Shown: positions 28,452 through 39,351 of the stretch, piece by piece
Numbering within the stretch: the stretch's first letter is position 1
Layout of the letters: each line of letters opens with the position of its first letter
Assembly: GCA_963834025.1 (NCBI GenBank)
Contig: CAWIAI010000008.1
Location: 20,080-84,079 of the forward strand
DNA from: an uncultured Acidobacteriota bacterium
GTDB lineage: Bacteria; Acidobacteriota; Terriglobia; Acidiferrales; UBA7541
Reading direction: 5' to 3'
Length of the DNA: 64,000 bases
Made by a program: the position numbers and the translations under genes
The notes under the pieces: model-generated
What the model was told of the DNA's origin: nothing
What the model saw: the letters and a program-made list of their open reading frames with translations, nothing else
Database searches by the model: none

Positions 28452-28477
28452 CGGAAAATCACACTTTCGCTGGCACT

Positions 28478-29530
28478 CTACTTCCCCTTCAGGCGCGTGA
28501 TAAAGAGCTCGACAAAGCGATCCGCATCGGACGCGAGGCAGACCCGAGCATTCGGTTTGAGCTCGACCACGCCCTCGATTTCGTAGTGATCGCCGTGCAG
28601 AATGTTGTTCTCGTTCGAGCCCATGCGATTGGCCACTGTCTCGCCGCGGGTGAATTCACCTCTGGTTTCCACGTCAACGCGCATGGTTTTGAGTGTAACC
28701 AGCGTTGGATCGATGACGGTGCCCACAGCGAGCGGATCGTACATAGCCGCGCCTGAATAGCCGCTTTTCTCCGACCGGGTTAGATAAAAGTCCGCCAGCT
28801 GCACGACGAAATCGCTCTGCGGTCCGTGGCTCGCCTGCAACTCCGAGAGACGTTTGCGCGTGATCAGGGTGCGCTCGCCTACGTCCGAACCGACCATGGT
28901 GACGGTCCATCCGGCGTTGAACACCATTTGCGCCGCTTCGGGGTCGTTGTAGATGTTGGCTTCAGCGGCACCGTTGACATTGCCTCCGCTCACCGAGCCG
29001 CCCATGATCACGATGTCGTGAATCAACGGCACCATGGACGGATCCTTGGAAACCGCCAGCGCAACATTCGTGAGGGGACCCACCGGAATCAAAGTGATCT
29101 CGTGCGGATGGGCATGGACCATTTCGATGATCACGTCAGGTCCGAATCGATTGTCCGCCTTGCACTTCGAAGGCGGCAGCTCGACTCCGGCCAAGCCGTT
29201 CTTGCCGTGCCAGAATTGCGCGGTGATCAGCTTTTGATTCAGCGGATGCTTGGCGCCGCCTGCAACAACGACATCGCAACGCCCCGCTAACGAAACAATC
29301 TTCAGTGCGTTTTCCAGCCCCTGCGGTTGCTCGACGTTGCCGGCTACCACGGTTAGAGCGTCGACCTCGAGTTCCGGCGAATTAAGCGCCAGCAGAATGG
29401 CCATCGCGTCGTCGACGCCAGGATCAGTATCAATAATTACGCGCCGAGGCGCGGCCTGTGCTGTCGCGCTCAGCAAAACGGCCAGGACTAACGAAAAGAA
29501 CGAAACGTGCTGTCGCAGTGAATTGGTCAC
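28478..29530 (-). CDS. Secreted nucleoside hydrolase (IU-NH family)
   Basis: IIDTDPGVDD, GPLTN, EANIYNDPEAA, YDP motifs. GTG 29530 with RBS is the likely start. Confidence 0.92.
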   Translation of the reverse strand: MTNSLRQHVSFFSLVLAVLLSATAQAAPRRVIIDTDPGVDDAMAILLALNSPELEVDALTVVAGNVEQPQGLENALKIVSLAGRCDVVVAGGAKHPLNQKLITAQFWHGKNGLAGVELPPSKCKADNRFGPDVIIEMVHAHPHEITLIPVGPLTNVALAVSKDPSMVPLIHDIVIMGGSVSGGNVNGAAEANIYNDPEAAQMVFNAGWTVTMVGSDVGERTLITRKRLSELQASHGPQSDFVVQLADFYLTRSEKSGYSGAAMYDPLAVGTVIDPTLVTLKTMRVDVETRGEFTRGETVANRMGSNENNILHGDHYEIEGVVELKPNARVCLASDADRFVELFITRLKGK

Positions 29531-29897
29531 AGTGGATTCCTTCCTCGGAAGAAGCGAGGTATTGTAATCCGGCTTGGATTCACACGCCACACCTCGGCCT
29601 TGGTTTATTGCGGGTAAGAAACTGCAGGAAGAAAACGAGGCCAAGGAGAAAGCGGCCAAACCAGATACAGGGTCGCCCGCGAAATGTCACCCAGAGAACG
29701 AACCCCCTCGACTCCTGATTGTCACGCGTTATCGGACAAGTCCTGACCCAAATGGGGATCGATCTCAAGTCGAACGATTTCAAGGGAATGATTCCGAGTG
29801 TTCTGAAACCGTCCTCTAGCGAGCCTAGTCCCAGTAAATTGCGCTGAAAATTGCCGCAGGCCGCTCAGTAGCTCTCGCGCTTCGAGTGTGGCGCTTG

Positions 29898-31961
29898 CTA
29901 CCGTTCTCCGCCGTACGCCTTCCATGCCTGGTCGATCACATAGGCATGAATGGCGTCGGCATCCGCAACCGTCATGCGTAAAGTCGGAAACGCAAACTTG
30001 GGAGGGTCGGCCAGGCCGGGCATTCCTTTATCCCAATGCGAGCCGCCCATCACGATGGTGTACCAATCCTTGTGCACCTGCGATGGGGCGTAACGCAAGT
30101 CTGGAATAGCGCCGTCTTCCACCCAAGCAGCGCTGCCATCGATTCCCGGCGAATGGCATCCTTCGCAGTAGAAGCTGACGTACAGCTTGGCGCCTTTTTC
30201 AATCACGTCTTTGCTGGCTTTTTGTTCCGGCGGTTTGGGAACTGGCGGAACGACGATATGGGGATATGGAAACGGGACTTTTCCGCCAAGCTTGAAAGCA
30301 TATAGACGCACCGGGCCACGTTTCGATTCTGGCGTTGCCATGGTACGTCCTGGAGCGAATAGTCGTGAACCTGATCCCCAGCCCACTGGAGTCAAAACGT
30401 ATTGCTCACCCTTCACGGTGTATGTGACAGGGATTGATTCAATGGCCGAAAGCGTTTTGACCGACCACAATTTTTCGCCGGAGTCTGCGGAGTAGGCCGC
30501 AAACTCGCCGGTACCCTGTCCTTGAAAGACCAGATTCCCCGCGGTGGATAGGACACCTCCATTCACGGAAATTTCTTCGCGCACAGACCAACGCTCTTTC
30601 TGCGCAATTGGATCCCATGCAATCAGTCGACCGAAAAGTCCTTCGCCGCTTTCGCCCGCTTCCACCGGAGCTTTGGTGCCGGCGTGCCGGTCGGTCGAAG
30701 GGATGTACATTAGTCCGGTTTGCGGGTTGTAACTCATCGGCCACCAGTTGTGCACGGTCCATTGTTTTCCACCACCTTCAGATACGGGGACGAGCACCGG
30801 CTTGCCGCTCTGCAGGTTGTAAGAAGTTGCCCAGGTGGTTTTGACCAAGGGATTAGCCGCAAGCAGTTTTCCGGTATTCGCGTCCAGGACGTAGAAAAAG
30901 CCATTCTTCGGAGCGGTCATGGCCACGCGACGCTTTTCGCCCTTCCAGTCGAGATCAGCCATCACGATGTGATTGTTCTCGGAATGCACTCCCTCGGTAC
31001 CGGTTTGATAGTGCCAGACGTACTCGCCAGTATCAGCGTTCACAGCAACAATGCATTGCGAGAAAAGTTTTTCGCCGCCAGCTTTCACTGCTGCGAGCTC
31101 ACCGTAGTCAGCGCCGGCGCCAGCGGTCCCAAAAATCACCCGATTGTCCGCTTCGTCGTAGGTAATCGCGCTCCATACGTCGCCGCCGCCAGTGCGCCAC
31201 CCGCCTTCGCCAGTCCAGCTCTTGGCAGCCATTTCCAGAGCTTTCGATTCGAATGGCTTGGATGGATCGCCGGGTACGGTCCAAAAGCGCCATAGTTCCT
31301 TTCCTGTATCGCCATCGTAGGCGGCGATCGCGCCGCGCACCGCGTCGTCCGAGCCGTTGAAGCCCATCACGATTTTTCCGTGCGCGACATGCGGCGCGCC
31401 GGTGATGCCGGTTTGGAGAGGGTCGCACACCGTTGATTCCCAGATTTGCTTTGCACTCGCCGCGTCGATCGCCACCAACCGGCAATCGCCAGTTCCGACG
31501 TACACCTTTCCTTCCCACGCCGCCACACCGCCGTTGGTGCGTGCAGAATACGATCCATTCAGCGCAAGATTCAGGCGAACATGCGGATCAAATTTCCAAA
31601 GCAGTTTTCCCGTGGCTGCGTCCACCGCATAGACCTTGGAAAGCGGTGCGCTCACGTAGGCGATGCCGTCGACCACGATCGGCTCGGAAACCACGCCCAT
31701 CTGTCCCTCGATGTCCAGGTACCAAGCGAGACCCAACTGATTCACGTTCTTGGCATCGATTTGCTTCAACGGGCTGAAATGTGTGGAATCGTGATTGCGG
31801 CCGTTGATCATCCAGTTGGCCCCGATCGACGCGTCGGCGCTAACGCGCGCGTCGGTCACTTCCGCCGGTTTTTTGTCAATGTCGGCAAAGGAACTGGACT
31901 TCATCACTGCGGCGAAAGAAAAGAGTGTCAGAGCGAGCAGGATCATGTTCTTGGTTTGCAT
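29898..31961 (-). CDS. Quinohemoprotein PQQ alcohol dehydrogenase family
   Basis: HFSPLKQID, RFWTVPGDP, APKNGFFYVLD, GGVLSTAGNLVFQG, C-terminal CEGCH heme motif. Confidence 0.92.
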   Translation of the reverse strand: MQTKNMILLALTLFSFAAVMKSSSFADIDKKPAEVTDARVSADASIGANWMINGRNHDSTHFSPLKQIDAKNVNQLGLAWYLDIEGQMGVVSEPIVVDGIAYVSAPLSKVYAVDAATGKLLWKFDPHVRLNLALNGSYSARTNGGVAAWEGKVYVGTGDCRLVAIDAASAKQIWESTVCDPLQTGITGAPHVAHGKIVMGFNGSDDAVRGAIAAYDGDTGKELWRFWTVPGDPSKPFESKALEMAAKSWTGEGGWRTGGGDVWSAITYDEADNRVIFGTAGAGADYGELAAVKAGGEKLFSQCIVAVNADTGEYVWHYQTGTEGVHSENNHIVMADLDWKGEKRRVAMTAPKNGFFYVLDANTGKLLAANPLVKTTWATSYNLQSGKPVLVPVSEGGGKQWTVHNWWPMSYNPQTGLMYIPSTDRHAGTKAPVEAGESGEGLFGRLIAWDPIAQKERWSVREEISVNGGVLSTAGNLVFQGQGTGEFAAYSADSGEKLWSVKTLSAIESIPVTYTVKGEQYVLTPVGWGSGSRLFAPGRTMATPESKRGPVRLYAFKLGGKVPFPYPHIVVPPVPKPPEQKASKDVIEKGAKLYVSFYCEGCHSPGIDGSAAWVEDGAIPDLRYAPSQVHKDWYTIVMGGSHWDKGMPGLADPPKFAFPTLRMTVADADAIHAYVIDQAWKAYGGER

Positions 31962-32337
31962 CGTAAGATCGCCTTCCTTGCAAAAAGTGTCTCAAGTTTG
32001 TAAGCGGCGCGATAATTTTGTCGCCGATAGTAGTGGTGATATTCGGACAAGTCAACGAAACGCGCAGTGGGCCACAGCCAGACAACATCGGTTCGGATAG
32101 CCAACCATTGACGCCAGGCCCCCTGAGATTTCCGTATTGGTCGAGCCTTCCGAAACCACATGATTCGGATAGGGTTGGGAGTCTGGGCCGCGATCGATAC
32201 CTTTCAGATTTTGGAAGCGAACTCACTACCCGGACGATTTGTTTAAGACCAAAACGCTTCGCCGACACGAACGAGAGCGTCTAAGCCAAGTGATCCAGAA
32301 ACGGGGTTGTGAGAAGTTTGGGCGGACCGCCTTCCAC

Positions 32338-32374
32338 TTGGACGATTAACGCGGTAATCCGACGAATCAGGAGT
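32338..32374. repeat. Compact double dif-like site, uninterrupted
   Basis: TTGGACGATTA-ACGCGG-TAA-TCCGAC-GAATCAGGAGT. Confidence 0.75.
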
Positions 32375-32582
32375 TAGCAGCAAAACTGCGATAAATTTGT
32401 GCTTCTGTGACGGAACTCACCGCCCATCAGTATGGTGTCGGGACAGCGGATACAGCCGCGAAAAAGGGACCACCCTTAGTGGGTAGGGCGATCTCGAGCT
32501 GCGAGCTGCAGTGAGCCACAACCACATTTCGGCAGCGGTCAACCCTTTCCAGCTTTGCTCGGGCTTGTAGGGGGGCCGATAT

Positions 32583-35507
32583 CTATCCGACTGCTCCTGC
32601 AGACTTCATTCTGGGACTGAGAGGGACACTAGCGCGAATCGTTGTTCCTTGCTGTATCTTCGAGTCAATAAACAGCTGCCCATCAACTAGCTTCAACCGT
32701 TCTTTCATGCTGACTAGACCAATCCCTCGCCCATTCACAGCTTCATCGACATCAAAGCCACGCCCCGAATCGCGTACACTCAGTTGAATCTCATTCAATC
32801 CTTTGCCGAGCGATACGTCGAAGCACGAAGAACCACTATGCTTCATCGCATTTTGGAGGGCTTCTTGCAAGACTCGAAACAGGCAGAGTGAGATCTCTGG
32901 CGGTAGAACTTTGGGAAGGTCGTCGGAGTGAAAATGAACCTCGACTTTTTGCCGCTCGGAGAACTCACTGCAGAATCCCTTGGCTGCGGCTGCCAGTCCC
33001 AAATATTCAAGCTTCGAGGAGTGCAGGTGGTGCGACAAAGCTTGGATATCGCTCCCAAGTTCGGTGAGTTGTTGTTCTGTTTGTTCGATGCCCTGCCTGG
33101 CTGCGTTCGCCGCGTCCGGAAGATCGCGCTTCAAAGCACCTAAGTTCACGGCCAGCAACGCTACACGCTGATTGATATCGTCGTGAAGCTCCCTGGCAAT
33201 CCGGGTACGTTCCCGCTCTTGGGCTTCGATCAGTCTCCGACTCACCGCGGAAAGGGCTTCTTCAGCGAGTTTACGCTCAGTCACGTCAATGCAAGAACCG
33301 ATGTATCCAGCAAACGATCCGTCCGGATTGGACCGGGGCACGCCCAGATCGAAGACCCAGCGGAATTCTCCATCATGCCGCCGAAGGCGATACTCCATCT
33401 CGAAAGTCTCGCGCCGATCGAAGGCGTTTGTATAGGTTTCCAAGCAGGTCTTTAAATCCTCGGGATGGACACCCGCCGCCCAGCCATTTCTAAGTTCTTC
33501 GTGAATGGAGCGACCGGTGAACTTCAGCCAAGACTGATTGAAATAGGTACGGAGCTTGTCGGAACCAGACATCCAGATCATCACCGGAGCCGTGTTCGCC
33601 ACAAGGCGAAAACGCTCTTCGCTCTCGCGCAGAGCTGCTTCGGCCAGATTTCTTACAGTAATGTCACGGGCAATCTTGGAGGCACCCATGATGTTGCCGG
33701 TCCAGTCGCGCAATGGCGAAATCGTCACAGAAACGTCGACGCGCTTCCCTTCTTTGGTTAAGCGGACTGTTTCGTGGTGCTCAATTCCCCGACCAGTTCT
33801 CACCTGCTGCAAAAGGCCCTGCTCTTCCTCTTGTAGCTCAGCGGGGATGATCATAAAGACCGGTCGTCCAAGCACCTCTGTTTCCGAATATCCATACATC
33901 CGCTGTGCGCCGATGTTCCAACTCAAGATTGTGCCATCCAGCTTCAGCGAGATGATCGCATCGTCGGAAGATTCCACGATGGCAGCGTGCAGGAACCGAG
34001 TTTCCTCCGCTTCTTTGCTCTCGGTAATGTCACGGATGATGAGAGTAAACAGTTTTTTGTTGTTCGTTCCCATCTGAGAAATAGAAGCTTCTATGGGGAA
34101 TTCCCGCCCGTTGGCTTTGAGTGCCCACAAATTGCCCAGAGTACCCACCTGGCGATTCGTAACGTGGGTCTCACCGAAATCGGTAATGTGTCCCAAATCT
34201 GTCCTCCGAAAAGCATGCGGGATGAATCGGTCAATAGGTGCTCCAACAGCATCCACTGAGGCGGATCCAAACATACTCTCGGCGGCAGGGTTGAAAACAA
34301 CGATCCGCTGTTCCGCATCCACAACGATGATTGCATCCATCGCCGATATGATAATACCGTCCAAACGATCCAATGCTGCACGAAGGCGTTCGTTCAAACT
34401 AACCAGTTCGACTTCCGTTTTCCTCCTCATTGACCGTTGCCACAGGAGCCCGACGATGATCAGGGTCTGCAGCAGGAGCAATAACATGCCTGAGATGATG
34501 TAGCGTTTGTACGCTTCCCAAAGGGTTAACCGTCTGTTAAGAACTACGCTTCCATACGGCAGGTCGCTTTCCTTGAGCCCCCACCGCTGCAGAGCCCGCC
34601 AATCGAACATGTAGGCGTTGTTGCTCCTAACGATGGGGATATTCTGCGGCTTCTCGCCGTTGAGAACTCGCACAGCCATTTCCGCGGCCACGCGAGCATC
34701 ATCGGCCCAGTTCACCAAGTCGCCGCCTACCGCTCCCGCCCTAAAATCCACATCGTCCATCACAAATACTGGCGCATTCGCAGCGCTGGCAACCAACGGT
34801 ACGGACTGACTTGAATCAATAAACCGCCTTCCCGCCGCGTCGCGTGTGAACGCAGTGTGATAGACAATCGTGTTGCTCGGTAGGTGCTTGAGACGCTCCA
34901 GCAGCGCGGGCATGGTCAAATCGGTAAGATACGTAAATTCAAGCTTCGATTCGTATTTTTGGAAACTCTGCCTAGCGATAGCCTCCCATTTGACGTCAAA
35001 CGGACCCATACCACCGACGACCGCCACATGCTTGGTGCCAGGTAGCAAGCGCAGCGCCGCATTCAGAGTCTCCTCCGGGCGTAACGTACCCAACACTCCG
35101 GTGAAGTGCATGTCGGGACCCGTACGGTCTGGAATTTCCTCTAGAACTGTGCAGAAGATAATTGGGGTATCCCTGACGAACGGTTCATGCAACTCGACAA
35201 TGAAATTGAGAGATGCCGACCCGGCGGTGATGATGACGTCGGGCTTGCGGTCTGAGTACTTTTGAATAAATTCTTCCCGAAACCGGTGCCGGTGAAGTTC
35301 GTCTGGAAACAAAGTGACTTCGAGACTCTCATAATAAAGCTCAATCTGGTGTGGTGATTCTTGCAGAGCTTCGGAGATTGCTCGATTGATTTCTGCAAAG
35401 CCGGGAGACGAGAGAACGCCAAGGTCACTAAGAATGAGCACCCGCCGGATTTCTTTGACCTGAGCATTGACAGTAATCTGAAACAGGAAACAGGCCCAAA
35501 AGAGCAC
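32583..35507 (-). CDS. Sensor histidine kinase: ABC-type substrate-binding domain, three PAS domains, HisKA_3/HATPase
   Basis: ERTRIARELHDD, LFRVLQEALQNAMKH, DSGRGFD, GIGLVSMKER. Confidence 0.92.
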   Translation of the reverse strand: MLFWACFLFQITVNAQVKEIRRVLILSDLGVLSSPGFAEINRAISEALQESPHQIELYYESLEVTLFPDELHRHRFREEFIQKYSDRKPDVIITAGSASLNFIVELHEPFVRDTPIIFCTVLEEIPDRTGPDMHFTGVLGTLRPEETLNAALRLLPGTKHVAVVGGMGPFDVKWEAIARQSFQKYESKLEFTYLTDLTMPALLERLKHLPSNTIVYHTAFTRDAAGRRFIDSSQSVPLVASAANAPVFVMDDVDFRAGAVGGDLVNWADDARVAAEMAVRVLNGEKPQNIPIVRSNNAYMFDWRALQRWGLKESDLPYGSVVLNRRLTLWEAYKRYIISGMLLLLLQTLIIVGLLWQRSMRRKTEVELVSLNERLRAALDRLDGIIISAMDAIIVVDAEQRIVVFNPAAESMFGSASVDAVGAPIDRFIPHAFRRTDLGHITDFGETHVTNRQVGTLGNLWALKANGREFPIEASISQMGTNNKKLFTLIIRDITESKEAEETRFLHAAIVESSDDAIISLKLDGTILSWNIGAQRMYGYSETEVLGRPVFMIIPAELQEEEQGLLQQVRTGRGIEHHETVRLTKEGKRVDVSVTISPLRDWTGNIMGASKIARDITVRNLAEAALRESEERFRLVANTAPVMIWMSGSDKLRTYFNQSWLKFTGRSIHEELRNGWAAGVHPEDLKTCLETYTNAFDRRETFEMEYRLRRHDGEFRWVFDLGVPRSNPDGSFAGYIGSCIDVTERKLAEEALSAVSRRLIEAQERERTRIARELHDDINQRVALLAVNLGALKRDLPDAANAARQGIEQTEQQLTELGSDIQALSHHLHSSKLEYLGLAAAAKGFCSEFSERQKVEVHFHSDDLPKVLPPEISLCLFRVLQEALQNAMKHSGSSCFDVSLGKGLNEIQLSVRDSGRGFDVDEAVNGRGIGLVSMKERLKLVDGQLFIDSKIQQGTTIRASVPLSPRMKSAGAVG

Positions 35508-35624
35508 AACTACAACCCTGGTTGGCCCCCGAGCCCAAACCCGCGACCGTGAACCGGATCTGATGGGGTCCTCCTCACCTTGTACCGACCGTTGGTGCGA
35601 GCTTTACATACGTAGCGCTTCTTT

Positions 35625-35876
35625 TCAACGTCGCTGGGAACGTAACCAATGAAGCCACGTCGCGCCTACCTCGCTACTCCTGTATTCCAAGGTTCCCCTT
35701 CCTGAGGAGCACCTCTCCAGTAAGCCAAACTTCCACAACCTCTTGAAATACGTCCACGCCGAGCGCGGGGGCAAGAAGTCGAGCCGTTCCGCAGCTTCGC
35801 TCGGCCCGAGCCACGCGCCACGTTCAGACGCGAACAAAGACAGGACTTGCAGCTTAAGCTCGTTGTAACGATTCAT
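35625..35876 (-). CDS. Small winged-helix-like protein
   Basis: 83 aa, EAAERLD...WTYFKRLWKFGLLER pattern. Confidence 0.5.
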   Translation of the reverse strand: MNRYNELKLQVLSLFASERGAWLGPSEAAERLDFLPPRSAWTYFKRLWKFGLLERCSSGRGTLEYRSSEVGATWLHWLRSQRR

Positions 35877-35974
35877 TTTCTTCCCCGAGTGAGTCTTAAG
35901 GTGTTATCAAAAGCTAGTTGATGAGAACGAGAAATGCGCCTGGGTCGTTCCATTTGCGCTCGACCCATATTTTT

Positions 35975-38630
35975 CTATTTGCTTTCTATTCTGATTTGCT
36001 CGACCCCAACTCTGGCTCCGTTTGATTTTCCCAATAGAAAAATAAAGCTACGGCCAAAATGACCCCTCCCACTCAGAATCTCGGTCGTGTCCTTGGAGTC
36101 GTCGAAAGCGGAATCTTCGAGCAGGTAAATCGGCTCCTTGCCGATGGGCAGCGCCCCTTTGGCCATCACCGCGTTGAATTGGGTCTCGACCCCGTACCAC
36201 TTTGCACTGAGTTCCAGGGTCAACCGCTTGCCCACCCTGTCGAATTTAACGATGCGGGCCTTGATGACCTGGTGCATCGGGGTAAAAGAGTCCTCTGGGG
36301 CGAGGCCCAGGTCGAGCGTGTTGCCGTTGGCCAGGGGAAGTCCCGGCCAGCTCACGATCCCCGCAGTGCAGCTGTCGCCTTCCTCGATTTTCGCCTCGGA
36401 GGAATCCTCGCTGACCGTGAACTCGAACACGTTATTGCCGTAATCCTTGATGAGGCTCACCAGCAGAATCGCCTTGTAGGAGGCTTCGAGCGACTCCGCC
36501 CGCGCGATGAAGGAACCCAGCGACTCGGTTCGCGCAACAGCGGCCGACACCTGCGACCAGCGGTCCCAGACCTTCGCGTCGTAAGCGACGCCTGACAGGC
36601 CGACCGGAATCGTCATGGAGAGCGCGGGCGCGTCGCCGCTGATGGCGGCTTTGAGATCGACGCGCAGACGCGCGGTCACGCTGGCAAGCGCCCAGGTGTG
36701 GGTTTTGAGCACATCGCCGTACCGCGTGATGGCTTCCGTGATGGGCCGAGTCTTGCCGAAGATGCGAACCGTCCCTGTTGTGGACTTCCAGATTTCGAAA
36801 ATCCGCTCCCGCGGAATCGCATTGCCGAGCGGCTCCAGATAGTAGTTATCGACCTTGCGCGGATGCAGGCGTTCGTGGTGGTAATGTTCGGCGGTCCCAA
36901 GGAGCGTCGTTGCGAAAAACTGCGGCAGGCGCACGGACCCCGTAACAATGTCCCGTATGAAAACGATGTTCGGGCACACATGGTCGGATTTTTCCAGCAG
37001 CTCATCCGGCGGGAAAATCCACGCCAGTGCCCGCTGTGAGCGCTCCGGAAGATCGAGAATGCTGAGCAGGTGCCGGCCGAAGGCATTGCAGAGCTCTTCG
37101 TACTGGCGCAGTTCCCAGAAGCAGATCTGCGTGTGCAGTGTTCCGAAGCTGTTGGCGGTGAAAAGCTTTTGTGCTTCCTCAATCCACCCCGCAAAGCTCT
37201 CGATGAACGACAGCACCGCCGCCCATTCGGCAACGGCCGTGTCCTTATTGACGACGAAAGCTTCTTCGCCCAGTGCTCTGACCGAGGAAGGTTCCTTGCC
37301 GTCCACGGCGGGAAATTTCGAACCGAACGGTGAAATCAGTGTCCCGCGAATGGCGATGCCGGTGAGTAAACCCGAGCCAGAATCGAAGTTCACGATGATG
37401 TCGAACTCGGCGCCGAGGCGCTTTGCCAGGCCTCCGACCTTGGAGACGTCATCAACCGTCACCTTGCCCGTGCTGATCGATTCCGCGCGGTACGAGATTT
37501 GCCCGCGGTCCTGCTTAAGGAGCGAGTGCTTGCGCAGCACCGGCGCTTCGGCCTTGATGCCGACCAGGCTCGCCACTTTCGGGTGGCCGCCGGTGAATAG
37601 GACGCTGCTCGCGCACTTGGTCAGGCTCGCCATCTAGGAGAGATGATCGGAACTCTCGGCCGCTGGCGTGCAGTAGTTTTCCTTATGTGCATCGAAATGC
37701 TTGCGATCCTCGTCGGACAGCCAGACGCGGTTCCCCAGCCAGTCGCAGGAGCTGCACCTTGGATTCATGTGATAGGGGACGGCGTTCCGCCCTTGGGAAT
37801 CTCCCAGCTGCACCACGCGCGGCAGGTCTTCGCAGAAGGATTTGCGCACGCTGGGCATGTAAATCAGGAAAAGCACGCGGCCTTCTTCCAGGTCCTCGCG
37901 AAGAGCCTTCAGGCGGTTGGCATGGTCGCCACCTTCCTTCGTGCCTAGGATCTTGGTGAAGGTCGGCATTTCGATGTGCCGCCACAGGTAAATGCGATCG
38001 CTCACGAAAAACCGGTCCAGAAACGCCTTGCCTTCGTTGTACAGCCAGTTGGCGAGGAAAATCGCGTACAGGCACACTTCCGCGGAATAGCTGGCATTCG
38101 CCTCGGTGATGTTTTTCAGGTCGATGACGGACAGCCCCAGGCGCTTGTCATCCTCCGCGAGCTGGCGGCGGGTTCCGTCCGGCAGGATTTCGTATTCAAT
38201 CGGGAGGCGGACATCCGCGAAGACGACATCCGGGCGCAGGCCGGACATCTTCGAGATGAATTACCGGTCGTCCTTCGCAACGCCGATATTTGCAAGCGCG
38301 ATGTCGCGGAAGGACTCCGGCTCAATCTGGGGCTGAAGGATCAGCGTCGGGATCGTGATCTTGGATAGCGCTTCCGAGAGGTCTACCGGTACTGTCCCGC
38401 TACTTTTGGCAACAACGTTGTTCGGGAGCGAGCTGCACAGCACATTGTACTGCTCGTATTCGAATTCACGTCCGGAGGTCGTAATCAGCTGCACGCCCGG
38501 GCGCGACTTGAGCGGGACCGGGATGCCTGCCTTCTCTAATTCACCGGGGTTATTCGAGAAGAGCGATAAATAGAGCTCTCGTTCACAGAGCGTACGGAGA
38601 TACATCGACAGCTTGCTCTTGAAAACTCAC
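35975..38630 (-). pseudogene. Cas4/RecB-like PD-(D/E)xK Fe-S nuclease multidomain protein with two nonsense mutations, 3' truncated
   Basis: ORFs 38261-38605, 37634-38248 and 35975-37633 share one frame separated only by TAA and TAG. RPD...VIDLK nuclease motif; Cys pattern TLCER...CSSC...YC. Confidence 0.75.
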
Positions 38631-39114
38631 GCTTTGGTAACGTGACAGGCGCGACGCCTGAATTGTACTAGGGTTGACGAGGAAAAACACAACGAGAGAA
38701 CTGGGGAGCTATTAGCATAATAGCTTTCAAACTCCCCGTACGGAGGGGGGGTCCCTTTTTCCCGGCTGTATCCGCTATCCCATCAGTATGGTGTCGAGGT
38801 CCTTCCAGTAGTCCGCCGTTACCTGCTGCACATGCCACCACGAGGGAGCGCGAGATGGCGATCCGGCTGGCAATTGGCGCTGGCCGCCGCCGCATTATTC
38901 TCTCGGCATCGACTCTGTGCGGATTACAGGCAACCGGAAGCTATTCCGGCCAGAAGTCCCGTTGGAAGAACCACGATGGCGGGTCGCGACTTCACAAGAT
39001 ATGACCGCGGGCGAACGCGGGTCCAATTAGGATCGGGTTTTTATAGGCATAGCGCTCGATTTGGAGGTAGCTTGGGCCCAATGCGACCACACCATCTAAA
39101 GATTATCGCTCGCA

Positions 39115-39351
39115 CTACTCAACGGCGATCTTGGTGCCGCGCTGGCCGGTGTTGGACAGGTGCTCGATGCGGCTGTCGATGACGGCGCGAATCCCCTTCA
39201 GGAACTCGATCCGGGAATTAGTGAAGTGTTCCCGCACCTTGGGAGACACATCGAATGCTTCCCGCAATTGGTTGACAAGTTCGCGGCACAGGCAGCGCTC
39301 CTGAATAAGAGGTTGGGTCGCATTCTGCTGAGTTGCTTCTTGTTCGCTCAT
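39115..39351 (-). CDS. Small helical protein coupled to the ArsA-type ATPase
   Basis: ATG overlaps the ATPase stop. VREHFTNSRIEFLKGIRAVIDSRIEHL amphipathic helix. Confidence 0.65.
   Translation of the reverse strand: MSEQEATQQNATQPLIQERCLCRELVNQLREAFDVSPKVREHFTNSRIEFLKGIRAVIDSRIEHLSNTGQRGTKIAVE

Noticed and set aside
37634-38263. Stop-codon recoding to explain the in-frame stops
   Set aside because: Both TAA and TAG are involved, and both terminate normal genes throughout the window; nonsense mutation or sequencing error is simpler.
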